A DNA stretch of 64,000 bases, from the NCBI GenBank assembly GCA_002633005.1, contig NMRA01000156.1, forward strand, positions 646,488 to 710,487, read 5' to 3'. Positions 14,078 through 27,891 of the stretch are shown piece by piece; the first letter of the stretch is position 1; each line of letters begins with the position of its first letter. The notes under the pieces are model-generated. The model was not told where the DNA came from and did not search any database. It saw nothing but the letters and a program-made list of their open reading frames with translations. This DNA comes from Phoronis australis. Taxonomy: Eukaryota; Animalia; Phoronida. Both the position numbers and the translations under genes were made by a program.

Positions 14078-16669
14078 GGACAGTTTCATTCTTAGAAATA
14101 TTGAATTGTTCAGTTTTGTCAGCCAAATAAATCAAGAATATTTTCTTTGGTTCGAATGTCAAGATCAGAAGTGCAAAACAAGCAGGGGAGACAACTTGGC
14201 GAGGACAGTTAGAAGAGCTGTGGAAACTGATGGCCATTTTGTAACGGCTTCATGTTGACATTTAAAAGCGATACGCGTATAATATTGGGGTACATATAAA
14301 ATAACGCACCTGTTTTTAAAAACAACACACCAACACATTTACAGAAAATCAAATGATTAAAAAATAACACAAAACCGCTTACGCACGTGGATATATGCTT
14401 TTGGCTGTGGTTTGTGACTAACTCAATAAATTATTTTCTCACTGAAGAAACTCATTTGATTAAGTCAAACCAATAACACAAAGTTGTTTTAGCCACTTCT
14501 AGTTCTAAAAAAGTCCTTCAATCTATTTATTACTGAGAAAGGTCATTTTTCTCCACAACACAGATTCAAGATTTTAATAGCAGTGTCGCTTTCCTAATTG
14601 CCATTATGTCTAAGCATTCCAGCGCTTTCCTCTTCCGATCTCTACTTCAAAAACTTGAAAATGTCATTTATATTGATAAAAAACAAATAATGATGGTCTC
14701 TTGACGGTCATTTATCACCGTTTTCTACAGTTCCTATTGAAGTTTAATCAATTCACAGTTATAAACGTTCAATTGAAAGGCATGTACATGCAATTAGCGC
14801 CTAGCGTTGGCGAGAGCGCAAGCCATTATAGCAGACGACAAAACGAGCGGGTAATTAATTATGTGGACAAGTAATTAATGCATCTGCGGCTTCTTCTGGA
14901 ATGAAATGAACAGATCGAGAGGTCACTATTGAACAGGCAACTTTAATGAATAAATACTGTGTTGAAGCTTAACTTTTAAAGATATTAAAATTCAGTTCTC
15001 TCTACACTTTAAGGAGACAGTAACATGGTGGCTATTACAGTTGATTTTCCGGGTAAACAGGAAGGACACTGTCTGCTCACCATTTTTCATTTGCCACCTT
15101 AAGTCACCGAGAAGCACTTAGAGTGGCTTGAGGAAGGTTTGCTGGTTACGTTTTCAAATTAAATTCTGTCAGACAACTGTTCCAGAAATATACAGATGCC
15201 ATTGCAAAGACTTCCATTCGCGAAATAATGTCACTCATCTTTGCACCCCCCCCCCCACCCTAACCCCGATCAGTCCTAATCCGACTTATTTTGAAACAGT
15301 TCCAACCACGTTTTTTAAACTGAGGTGAAAAGGGCAGGTGGTCATGCTGTGCAATTTGCTAAATGATTGACAAGTGTTCTGCTGCCCTCTAATATGGGTA
15401 ATAGATTCCCTAGATTCTCAGCATGGTAAATGTTGGTTTTGATAGGCCAAAACAATAATAACGTGGTTTCAGAGGACCAACAAACCACCAGAAGACCTAA
15501 ATATCTGTAGTTAGGATTTTATGGCGGCAAGTTTACGATAACGATGATGATGTGAAAAGAATCTTTACAATAATGATGATGGCGTGAAAAGGATTCATTT
15601 AATGGAGACTGGTAATAGCTTTGACAATACCTCAAAAAGACCCCTTAAATGTGTTGTTATGCCTCTGAAATGACAGCACGGAACTTCTAGAACTACCAGA
15701 AGCACTCCATAAAAAACTCATGAAACTCAACTTTCTTCGTTTCCCAAAAATGGTAACACGCCTGACCCTGTGTGATTATCATTCACAAGAGCTAAATTCA
15801 TATTTTGTTGATCAGTTACACTTGAGAAGGTTGGTCAAATGCATGCAGGCACAGACACATAGAACAATTGACTCATCTGCAAACCACACATGCACAACAC
15901 ACCAGAGCTGTCACACACCAGAGCCAACACGCACAAGAGGGGGAACAGCCTGTGTCTTCTGAGAGGGCTATTTTTGGTTGTAGGGAAAATTCCCCTCCCA
16001 ATCCTCCCCTGCCCCCCACCAAGGGTCCTGCACACGCCTACACACATAGCACAAGCAGGCAATGAACAAATTTACGTGGCATACATGAGTATCAAATCTG
16101 CTGATAGCTCATACCACCAGATACAAGCAGACAAGACATTTATATCAAAATCGGCGACCCAATTCAGCCCGAACACAGTTTCACTTTACTCCATTCTACA
16201 CAAGTCGAGTGGCCAACGCGTCAGCGGCCCATACTCCACTGAGCACGAGCAGACAATCCCCTAACACCCTCAGCAGACTCCAAGCCCGAGAGCAATGCCA
16301 GACAAGTCAGTCAGTTCATAGCTCTCATGTTGCCATGGATACCAGGTGATGGTGGAATGCCACTACTACCTGGCTCAGGCTGTAGGGTATCAAAGATCCA
16401 TCACGGCGGATATGACACACGCAGAGGAAAATGACTTCGTCCATTACTGCTAAATTCTTGGAGTTCTTTCTGAACGCCTTGGTATCAGGTTGAAAGCTAA
16501 CACTGTGCTTTGAAACTTTGATTTTTAGCGTTCCTTCAAAGTCAGAGAGAGGGGACTCGGTGTAGCAAAAGGAGTTCGTCAGTGCCCAAAGTCTATTCTA
16601 CTTAAATACAAATTCAAGTGCCTATAAGTCTGATCTCGGGTATGTCACACTTTATGTGGATGTCTGACA

Positions 16670-16760
16670 AATCCTAGTTTGCACTTGATGACCCCAGAAT
16701 TAATCTAAAAGCTATAACTTAAAGTCTGAACTTGAAATTTCGAGTTTTTACTGAGTTTGA
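16670..16760 (-). mobile_element. Degenerate fragment related to the 20991-21379 MITE, opposite orientation
   Basis: TGAACTTGAAATTTCGAGTTTTTACTGAGTTTG (16727-16759) matches the reverse complement of about 21157-21190 with one mismatch and one indel. Weaker similarity extends leftward. Confidence 0.6.
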
Positions 16761-18915
16761 AGCTCAAATCTAGCAACTAGAATCCCATCCGCGTAAACCG
16801 TAATGTACTTGTGCATTTCAAGTGTATTACCAGTACAGCACTACAGAAAATGTCAACATTAGAATGGACTTAGTCTGCACAAACCAACATCGAATACATG
16901 ACAAAAGCCAAATTAATTCTTTTCGGAATAAAGACTGTGAACAATGAAAAGTATCGTGTGTTCAATCAATTCCCAATAAATGAGAACATTAACGTACCAT
17001 AAAATTTAGAATTTTCTACAAATTGTACAACGATTTTGCAAATAATATTGAGCCGGAAAGTTATGATCCAGATCTGTACCATAGCTATCTTGACAAAATA
17101 TTTTGAAAAATCGTGGGCATTCACAATAATCACGTTAGAAAACATTAGAAAACAGAAAACTGGCAATTATTGTTGTCTAAAATTGATGACCTTTTACCCT
17201 ACAGCACTTTTTCGTCCATTCCTGAGTATCAAGCAAAATGAATACTGAAAATTTAGCACAGCTAGCCTTACACCACAGGTCATTTGAGAGAGATAACAGC
17301 ACAGAACGCAATAAAATGCTTGCAATTAACGCGCCATGTTTATTCATTAGTTTTGCAAACCAAAAGCCTAATGAGCGCTAATCTTGTGCAAACAATCCGC
17401 ACTGTTTTACAGACAGACAGAGATGAGGAGCTTAATCGAATGTATTCTATCTACAGTGCATCAGCAGCAGTCACTAAACTGATGTTCTCCAAGCAAATGC
17501 TAACCTCCCAATCAAATACCAAGAAAAACTGACATGATGCGAACATACCATTTGTCAGACTTAGCATAACACTGCTTTCGTATGCGAGCAGAAATAAAAA
17601 CAGAGCACAGCGACTGAAACCAGGCATTAACCGGCGAATTAAACGCTGTGAGGTTGGCCGTCATTGTGGCAATTTCCCTTTGACTGCTTATAATAACGAG
17701 GCTCAGCTTTGATGTCCAAGAGACAAAGCAGCTATATTAGTCCAAGCAGGATGTTAGTAAAAATAACGACAGCTTATATTGACCTAGTCATTTATGAGGG
17801 ATTTATGCGTACGTTGTATGCCCATGGCTCTTTCATAAAATAATGCATTTGAGTAGATAAGCTCGTTGCATCTAGCGGCCCAAAGCTGACGCCCTGCTCA
17901 GGAAAAAGATATACACCTTGATTTGAGTTCTTACACCCCCCATTGCATGCCTTAGTATAGGACGGGTTCTTAAACGCACAATCGCACATGCAGCCAGTCT
18001 ATTTTTGCTGTGGCTAATTATGGAAATTTATGCATAACATCTTTGTAACACAGCAGTCTTACCCAGCAATTTGTATACAACCAAATTCAACAAAGTCGCT
18101 TTTAAATCCAGTCCACTGATGCACAGTGAAAACTTTGTTAGTCTGTGGATTTGAAGTTGCAAGCATGTAAAGATTTAAACAAATGTCCGGAAATCATCAT
18201 TTTTGGCAGCTAGATGATTTCAATTTTGCATTCACACAAGCAGGGCGTCCGCAAACAAACGAGAGGCAAGAGTTTTATAAAACCGAGTCAGCATGGATTT
18301 CGTAGAACCCAGTTTGTTTTAATCAAAGCGACCTCAACACAAGTTCAAAACCAACTGCCGACTTGCTCAGTCAGAGTCCTCAGACAGCCTGCGAGGATGG
18401 TGAACTCCCACGAGAATTTCAACAGCCAACAAACACAGTCATGTATGTAGATAGACACATTTAGTTTGATATTAAGTCTGATGACTCATGCAAGCGATGA
18501 TTCGCCATCCAGCCGTGAGCCATGCAAATGAGTGCAACTGACAGAAAAATCTCAGGCGGTGGGTGAATAAGCTAATGTTCGAACAGCAGCAATCTGATAT
18601 TTCTGAGTTTCTATTTCTGAGTTTCACAAAGCAACAACGAAACGGTTTCTGGTACAACATCTTACGGCCATTGTGACCAGCTATATGCAATTTTGCGATT
18701 AAGCCCTGGTGGTTTGAAGGCTCGGTTCTCTTCAGGGTCGATTCAAACAGAAAATAGTGTAGAAACCAAACTTCTATCAGAGTGCAAAAAACAGCTGCGT
18801 GGCTATTTCACACACCAACTGTGACATTTATCAATCTGGAGGAAGAGCTTGAAATTTAAGGGGCAATTGAAATCGAAATGCTAAAGGACCAAGCAGACAT
18901 GACATTTCACAAAGA

Positions 18916-18948
18916 TCAGGGGTCAGGTCAGGGGTCAGGTCAGGGGTC
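18916..18948. repeat. 12-bp tandem repeat TCAGGGGTCAGG x2.7
   Basis: Read directly. Contains AGGTCA-G-GGGTCA (18925-18937). Confidence 0.85.
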
Positions 18949-19731
18949 GGTTAACTAATCTATAACAGGCAGAAGATGTGCAGACTCCAATGGTCAGTTG
19001 CATGTAGCAGATCTCGGTTGGGATTCCAAATTTTTTCTGCACATTTGTGAATTGTAGGCAAACAGTGATTGTCCATTCTCCTGCCATTGTATTTCCATAG
19101 TTCCAGCAAGCTTCTAAGCTTTTTGATAAACGTCGACTGTAAACTATATGTTGAATTCCTAATATTAATGAACATAATATTCAGTCCCCATTTGTTTGCA
19201 TTGAAATGTGAGGTCACCTTTCAGGTATTAATAATTATAAAATGTGATCGAGTAAAGGAGGACTTACCAAAAAAGATAAAGTGATAGATAAATGTATCAT
19301 TAGCTAGTAAACAGTACCATTAGAAAGTAAACAAAGACTACAAATGTGCTACTAAAAAATTAGAGAATGTAGTTGAGTCCTTATTGTGACTGTTTCATGC
19401 AACGGGCCACATATGCCTCAAGAGGTCTATCTGGAAAAACTGGTGATTCCCTCTGGACAGAGGGTTGTCTATTCTAATTAATTATGTTAATACACAGACC
19501 AGATGACGCAAACAGCTGCGTTCCAACAGATGTGGAAAGCATTTTTCAACAGCCTCATGGCTATTAAATAGTCATTGACCATTAAATGTAGCTGAACTTT
19601 TATCTACACCTAGTAAAATTAGAAAATGTGAAGGAAGGGTTTCAGAAAAAGACCAAGCTCAGAGGCCTTAAGGTATGATTGGTCAGAACTAATGCTAAGC
19701 AGAGGTTTTACACACCACTAGACGGCCAATG

Positions 19732-19788
19732 AATGAAAATGACGCAGTAATGAAAATGGCGCAGTAATGAAAATGGCGCAGTAATGAA
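19732..19788. repeat. 17-bp tandem repeat AATGAAAATGGCGCAGT x3.3
   Basis: Read directly; the first unit has one substitution. Confidence 0.9.
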
Positions 19789-20990
19789 CAAGCAGCCATA
19801 TAAGATGAGTTCATGGCGTGCATCCGTTAGATTGCAGAATCATTCAAGAAAAACAAAACATCCGCTTGGCTACAAACAAGATCCCCGAAACAAAGACGGA
19901 ATACCCAGCCTGAGCCAAAAGCTATCTGCAACGCCCCAAATGTGCTGCTGGCATTAACCTGGCTCACTGCACAATGTAGTGAGCATATAGACCATTTCGT
20001 CTACGCGACACCATGCCAATAAGAATACTTCAACCAAGATAGGAAATATATAAATACACTAAACCTCATTTTCTCATCTGAAGCCAGGCAATCCTTTTAC
20101 CGAGGAGGCCTACTGACCTCCAAGGGTAGCATTGAGAGATTGGCAATGAAATTCGGGAAGGCCCGCAAAGACCAGCAAGCAAGGTCTAGGATTAATTGGA
20201 AACTACTCCGCCAATTAGGCCAGGGAGTGCCATGTGTCTGTGTTGTGTGATATGGCAGTAGCAGCAGTGACCTGCTGCTAGCACGCACACTTCAGGGGGA
20301 TGAAGTGAGGGGCACATGCCAGAGATAAATCAGGGCTAATGTGTTGTTACAGGGTGCCAGATGGAATGTTTATTGATGCTCAACACCAATGTGGTGATAA
20401 TGGCAACAGACACCTTTGGAGGGAGGGTGGCGACCAGTGATGGACAGCCGCCACAGAGCAGTGGGTTGGACAGGACTGAATGCAGTAGGTTCTGAAGGGA
20501 CTGATCGCCATCAGGCTACCTCCAACAACAAGCCTCAGGCACACTCATGAACACCGCTCACAGACTTGCAAACTCAGTTCACTGACTAGCAAACACGACT
20601 ACACAATCAAAGAACATGACTTGCGCACCCAGAAAGCAAGACTCCTGGACAGCAAAAACGGCTCCAGCACCGTGACAAGGGTCACAAAGTCTTCACTGAC
20701 TCATGCAATCGATTCTTAGTCATGTGAGTCAGTGTGCAAGCCGTGTTTTGTAAGCTGAATTTACAGGTCCGCGAGCTGTGTTCATGAGCGTGTGATCCAC
20801 CGACCATGTTGTATGGGTAATAGTCTGATTATCAGGAGCGTGACTAGTAAACAAGGGCAATGCTCAGTGGATGAAATGTACCCACCATGGGAAGTAAACG
20901 GAAAAAAACTATGCATTTAGAAAAATTTTGCCAACAGCACACCTTGTACTCTCAACGCAAGGATCTTTATCAAATATACATCAGAATCAG

Positions 20991-21698
<708 letters not shown>

Positions 21699-22791
21699 CT
21701 AAAACAAAGCAAAATACTCTCACCGTTCATTCACACGTCATAGTTCCTCTGGTTTACCGACCTAGAGTACAAGACAAAATAAACCAAGATGAAATACCAT
21801 TGCTTGTTAAGGCTATCTCTGTTAACAGCAATTATGACTGGTGGAAACTATTAGGACAGCAAAATTCTAATTGTAGAATGACTAAGCCACCTAACTTTAT
21901 ATTAAAAAGTGTCTGTAATTTACTTAACCGTACCTGTCTTAATTATGTCATTTCCATTATTGTAAATACTCTCCCTATTTATTATCATCTTTTTATTCAT
22001 TTCATCTCTCTTAATCAAATTTTCATCGTCCTTGTCATTTATTTATTATCTGAATTCTCAACCTGTTTTAATTGTATCTCTGATACACGTATTTAATTAT
22101 ACTTTTATTACTTTATTGTATTATAGTACTGTTTTATATTTGTTGTTGAGGGCCCTCTTGGAAAGCAGTGCTGTAACTGAAGAGGCCATCCTCATTTTAA
22201 TTACTACAAAAAATAAATAAATAAATAAAATAGATAACTTTCCTGTTCATTTTCGGTCATACTCCAAGACTACTGTGATGGTAAATTTGGCTTCCGCCAA
22301 GCCGTCATTTTGTTGGAATACTTTTAGCTTCTACTGTAGGTGAATCATAAGTAAACACACATGGATACCTCACCACTTAGGGAAATTCTCCAAGATAACT
22401 TGCAATTAAAGGAAAGGCAAATGTTTCCAATATGACTTCTATTGAAAATATAAATCTTCAGTTATCATGAGTGCCGTTGACACGGATCAGCTGACACGAG
22501 AACGAGTTGTTCCAGTGTGTAAACGGAGCAAATTGAGACACCGCGGTGACAAATTTTGCCACCCGTTTGTGAGTTAGAGCAATTTGCATCCGAACATCTT
22601 GCTCCGTGTCAATTATATGTCTAAACGCGAAACTGGGGCAAGGCATAAAGGATCATCTCTACTGCGCTTGCTTAATGACCTAGGTACGGGTTCTTTGTTT
22701 CTGCAACTCTCGTGATTGGTAAACCTGCGCACGTGCGATCTAGTCTCTCCAGCCTGCAATTTCCATCTTGCCACAGTTAGTGAGTTGTGTG

Positions 22792-22870
22792 TGTAAACAG
22801 CCACTTGACACGGATCAGTTTGCTCCGTGTCAGTTGCGCCGGAACCAAAAGTTGATGTCTAAACGGGACT
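22792..22870 (+). repeat. Dispersed repeat, inverted copy at 31595-31672; right part of an internally repetitive element (about 22470-22870)
   Basis: The reverse complement aligns over about 78 nt with few mismatches. Motifs ACACGGATCAG and TGCTCCGTGTCA recur within 22470-22870. Confidence 0.85.
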
Positions 22871-23836
22871 ATGGGAGACATCTTATTTTTCAGGATGAAT
22901 TATCACCATTTCTCGGGCCAAATTATTGTGAGGCGAGACGAACAACTGAGGAATTGGAAATAGGAACAAAATGCGCAATTCTCGTTACACCATTTACATC
23001 GCTTCATTTTCTCAATAAAGGTAAAAGGTTGAGATTTGCCCAGGTACAAACAACTTTAACTTGCAGAGACTTTCGAGCGATTGGTTGGTTTAATCTCAGC
23101 AAGACAACAAGAATCTTACGGTCAATCACTATTAATTTGAACAGTCATTTTCTGTCACCTCGGATGACGTCATTTTCAGATATTCTCCATCCCATATCCC
23201 TCTATACGATCACTTTCTTAAAACTATTGAAAAACCCTGATTTGTAGCTGTGGCTAACTTAGTATTCTTTTTGTTCTTCGCAACAAAGCAATGAAATCGA
23301 CACCTTCTGTCGGGCAGAAATAGAAAGTGCTCACTACAAAGGCCTAAATCAAGGACAAATGTTTAAATCCAACACTGACCTGGCAAATAAAAAAGAATTA
23401 ACAACAAAAGTAGCCCGAAACAGAAACGCTTGTGTGTGCTTGGGAAAATTTAATTTGGCTGGAGCCTGCTGGTAATAAGACTGGGTTTTTTATAAACTAA
23501 TGTTTATACAGGTTAAAAGCAGTGACATATAAACTCTCTATGCCAGGCTGCCAATGTTGTTTGGATGACCAGAGAAGGAAGGTTTTTGGCAGGAGAGGCA
23601 TGTGTCAGATCGATGACTCGTAAGGAGATTGAGCATGAGTATCACTGATTTCTGGATTAGGAAATAAGTTGATACTTACTGCACAGGAATTCTGGTAAGG
23701 ATTTGTTTATGTCCAGAAGTGAAAACTGTTCCCGAAACGACTAGTATGAAAATTTTTTCAGCATCTTTCCAACACATTTTGTATCTCAAATCGAAGAGAT
23801 TTTCACAAATTTTTGGTTTTAGTTTTGGATGACAAT

Positions 23837-23975
23837 GTTGATTAAAAATTGAAATTTTTAAGGAAAACTACTACACAGTCAGGCTGAACATTTTAAAATA
23901 CAAGAGGATCGGTTGATTAAAAATTGAAATTTCAGGAAAACTCTAACTACACAGAGGCAAGACATTTTAAGATTC
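23837..23975. repeat. Local tandem duplication, about 75-bp period
   Basis: GTTGATTAAAAATTGAAATTT...GGAAAACT...CTACACAG...ACATTTTAA occurs at 23837 and 23912. Confidence 0.8.
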
Positions 23976-24545
23976 AACAAAATCACTTGAAAGAAGAATT
24001 ATCAGGAAATTGTTTATACAATAATTCTGAATTGTTTTACTATAGTGTAGGTAGGGTCAAGTTGTAATCTCAGCTTAAAGCCATGGTAATTATGGGTCCA
24101 TTGATTAAGACAGAGTCGTCTGCCAGTTAGTCTATCTGCCAAGTTTGCCTCTGTCAGTTTGTCTATCTGCCAGTTTGTCTGTCTATGGTTTGTCTGTCTG
24201 TCTATCTGCCTGTCCGGTACTTTGAGGTAGCCAAAACTAGCATCGAAGAGACAGGACAGCGCACACAGTTAGACCAAAGCGAACCGAAGCGTGATCGGAA
24301 GTCCCCAACACGGTCACTAATTTCCCCGATATCTGGTTCCAATCTCATATTGGTCATTGAAATTAAAAGAGAATAAATACATGTACGAGTTAGGTTTACA
24401 TTCTCTTGACTGGACGCACGCGCCGTTTCCCCTTTGAATGCATGCAACTATAAACCATTTCTCATAATCCGATGTCCAGCGTGTATATCACAGATCAGAT
24501 ACTTTCCTATATCTCAACAATAATGAATAGAATCATTGTCTTTAC

Positions 24546-24593
24546 CTGAATTAAATCCATGTCCGGAGCGATCCCAGGGAGTTGGCTAGTTAT
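24546..24593 (-). CDS. elav: Candidate 48-nt phase 0-0 ELAV exon (ITSQLPGIAPDMDLIQ) with an internal ATG
   Basis: Acceptor TTTCTTTATGTTGCAG, open frame, GACATGG start context, donor CAG|GTAAAG. UGCAUG about 100 nt downstream (24441-24446). In frame with the 21698 exon. Confidence 0.6.
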
Positions 24594-26470
24594 CTGCAAC
24601 ATAAAGAAACAGCCTGTCAACCCACTGGCATGATAGCACTAGTACAAGGCACCAGGATTCATTGGTGTTGCTGTCACATGAGGAGGCAAAGCACAGCATA
24701 CATGGACACCAAGAGCAATAATCTGGACAGAGACATAACTGGACAGTCCAGTTTTCAGTGATGTTAGTAGTAATATGCAAGCAACTGCAACTCTTACAAG
24801 CTCAGTTAAATATCCTGTAAAACTTCAGAAGTGTTCCATGAATTGCTTAACTCCTAGCAAAATTTTCTCAAAGTTATGTGGCCGCGTCAATTCCATAGTG
24901 AGAAACGTGTTCCCATAGACAGACACGGCAAAGCTAGAGGCATAATGGTTCCAGCAAACCAGTAGCACTAAAAAATGCCACACGAATGGCCAGCACGTAA
25001 CCACCATACAGAGGAAGCAGTGCCTTCAAACAAACACCTCCGTGTATTTTTATAACTACCATGGCAACAACCCCTGGTGGTTAGATGGGATCACTGGGTG
25101 AAACATCTGACAAGCATTGACACACACATGGTTCTCATAGGCACAAAATCACTTTGTGATGGTCAAAGACGTGCCTACTACAACTGGTGTTTTAGGCCAA
25201 ATGGTCACTACTGGAACATGGCAACGCTTAAAATATTTTTCATTTCACCTTACCCAACCCTTTGTTATCTGTGACGGGCAGGAGTGTCCCCGGCTAGTTG
25301 TTATGTTGTCTTGTTTCATTGTTTGTGGGCACTCATTTATGCTACAGAAATACCCATTTCACTTTTACAATCGAAAACCAATCTTTTCTAATCTTAGATT
25401 ACAAATAAAATGTTTTGAGTTGCGAACATATTTTACAGTTGGTTGAACGATGGAAACAAGCTTAACCTGTACTTCACTTATTTAGAGCACAGTGTGGCCA
25501 ACAAGTGAGGTTCTGTTTCGTCACATTCCTTCAGAAAAATAAATACCATTAAGGAAATTTAAGCCTTCTACTATCATAGTTTCTGTTGTGTTGATGTCAC
25601 AAAACACCATTTGGTGAAGTTCTCTTTATTTGTAGCAAATAAAAAATGCAAAAATTACATTTTTTTTACAATTATTTTGATGCGAAATAAGGTAAGAATT
25701 AAAATCAACTTTTAATTGACACCGTGTAGTCAGTCCTGAGCAGCAAGCCTTGAAGTGCTTTACGGTGGTTTTTTCTTTTGATCATCTCAGAATGCATTTG
25801 TATTTGTTGGACAAGGACAAAGGTCTGAAACCACAAGCCAACCCAGGTCAACACCAAACACAGGCTTCTGCATTATCTACAAAACCACTGAGCCACAAAA
25901 AACATCTGTGTCCTGGAAATACCTAGTCATCTAATAGCCACAGTGACCCTCCAAGAACAACCAGCTTACAAATTACAAAAACACCACAAAGTACCCCTAA
26001 TCTCACCAACCCTTTTTGATATTACCATATTTGATGCAATCTCAAATCACTGACTATCAACACGGCTGAACTTGATGAAACACGCCTTGTCCCTAGATGG
26101 CGCCGGGGGGAGTCAGTGGATAGCGTTCTGCACCCTCACACATGAATTTAATGCAGTGGAATGTTTCGCAGTTTTTTTATAAATTCTTTCCAACAAATGT
26201 TTCCAAATTGCCACAGTTGTAGGGTGGGATATTCTAACGATGTATCGAACTGTTAATAAATGAAAGAAATGGCCTTTCACCCTGGTCACTCAACTCAGTC
26301 CACTATTGCGCACCAGAATTGGAGGCTACATTAAGTCACAGCAATTTAGCCCTATCTAAACACTTATATTGATATTGTGGGCCAGGAAAGTGATTTTCTG
26401 AAATCCTCCCTACCACAGAACATTCGGGGGTTGCAGTCAAACTCTCTACTGACAGACTAAATCCCACTTG

Positions 26471-26501
<31 letters not shown>
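26471..26501. repeat. (ATA)10 microsatellite
   Basis: Read directly. Confidence 0.95.
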
Positions 26502-26502
<1 letters not shown>

Positions 26503-27852
26503 GTATTTTAAGCGTATTTTAATGGTAAAGTCACCAGCCTCGATTTCAGCAAACGTCTGGAAGACAACGACGAGAATTGGCAACTTGTAATAAAATCACA
26601 AAAAACAACAGATTTCATCGTTTTATAGCCCTGGCCAAGCCTCTAACTCCAGAAGGTCTATCCAGTCCAACAATAGTCCCAAGTTCTTTGTCCGTAAAAA
26701 CGATAATGTCAGTAATTCAAGAGAAGTAGCCCAGTCAAAAAGAGTGTTGGCCAGACCAGCCTACAACAGATCCCTAGGTAGTATGTCAATTCCATCTGGT
26801 TCCTATAGCAGGCACACAAATAACCATGTCATTGGCGTTCCACCATAGAGAACATACTGAACACACTCAACGATGCACAGATGTTTCAGGCAGCAGTGGC
26901 TATACATATGCATAGCCTCGGGCACTCAGGGTGCAGGAGCACCAGCTGGGTCTTTGTCTTCCTCATGGAATTACATGGAAGTCGGATTAACAAGAAATGC
27001 TCCTGGATATCAAGTTTTCAATAGACAACCTCACCAGTCGCCAAGGAGACGGACTCTGGGTAAGACTCCTATAGACAAATTATTGGGATCAACATGTTTT
27101 ATATGACAAAATGAAATGAAATTTCTACACAACCATGACTTCTCTCCACTTTCTCACTTTTGAATGTTATTCAAAATCTCCTGCAGATATTGGATAATAG
27201 TGGCAGACCACCACCAATAGCCTGCGTCAGCAGGACAGGAGTTTCCGCTATTTATATTGACACATGGCACCCACTCCAACTCCTACACATTCAACTAAAC
27301 AAATATGTACAGAGTGGCATCAAGTCCTCAAAACCAAAGTGAACTTTTTGCAACTTCCTGAAATTTCAGGAAATTTTTACAGAAATTACGTAGGGTTCAA
27401 ATTTACCACAAGCTGAGGGTAAAGATGCTCGTAGTTTTGCTAATTTTGTCTGAAACGTAATATTTTCTAAGGGGCCAAGTTTGTCTTGCAAAGCTTACCT
27501 ATCACAAAGACTACTCAACAAAAATACTGTTATCAATCCTCAGGCAATTGTACTGTCATCACTTTCACCAACACCCTACAAATGCTATTGATAGCTGTGT
27601 GTCTGGCACTGGCCTGTTTACAAGCTGATCTACACTCAGTTTAGGTGTCTAGACTTCAACACCTCATAATGAGATAATGCTGACAGAGAGCAATCTATTC
27701 TTTACCCAAGGAACTGACCTCCCAAGTCATTTATGAATGGGCATTCCCCGACCTAATCCCACATGATCCAAGGATAGAGAAGGAAATATAACCCAGACAA
27801 GCGTGCCTATGCACGCGTACACAAACAGAGAGGCTAAATTGCAAACACGCAC

Positions 27853-27891
27853 CTTTGGAAACTCCACCATCCATGGATTAGAGTAAAGCAT
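27853..27891 (-). CDS. elav: Candidate alternative first coding exon (MLYSNPWMVEFPK)
   Basis: AGT-ATG at 27891 with an in-frame TGA upstream (27910-27912). 13 codons end AAG|GTGCGT in phase 0. Initiator-like TCAGTC on the minus strand at 28168-28173. Confidence 0.4.

Noticed and set aside
23672-23700. Strong donor GTAAGT at 23679, and another (AAG|GTATGT) at 44821
   Set aside because: In-frame stops upstream, no ATG, and no convincing acceptor or promoter; not called as exons.
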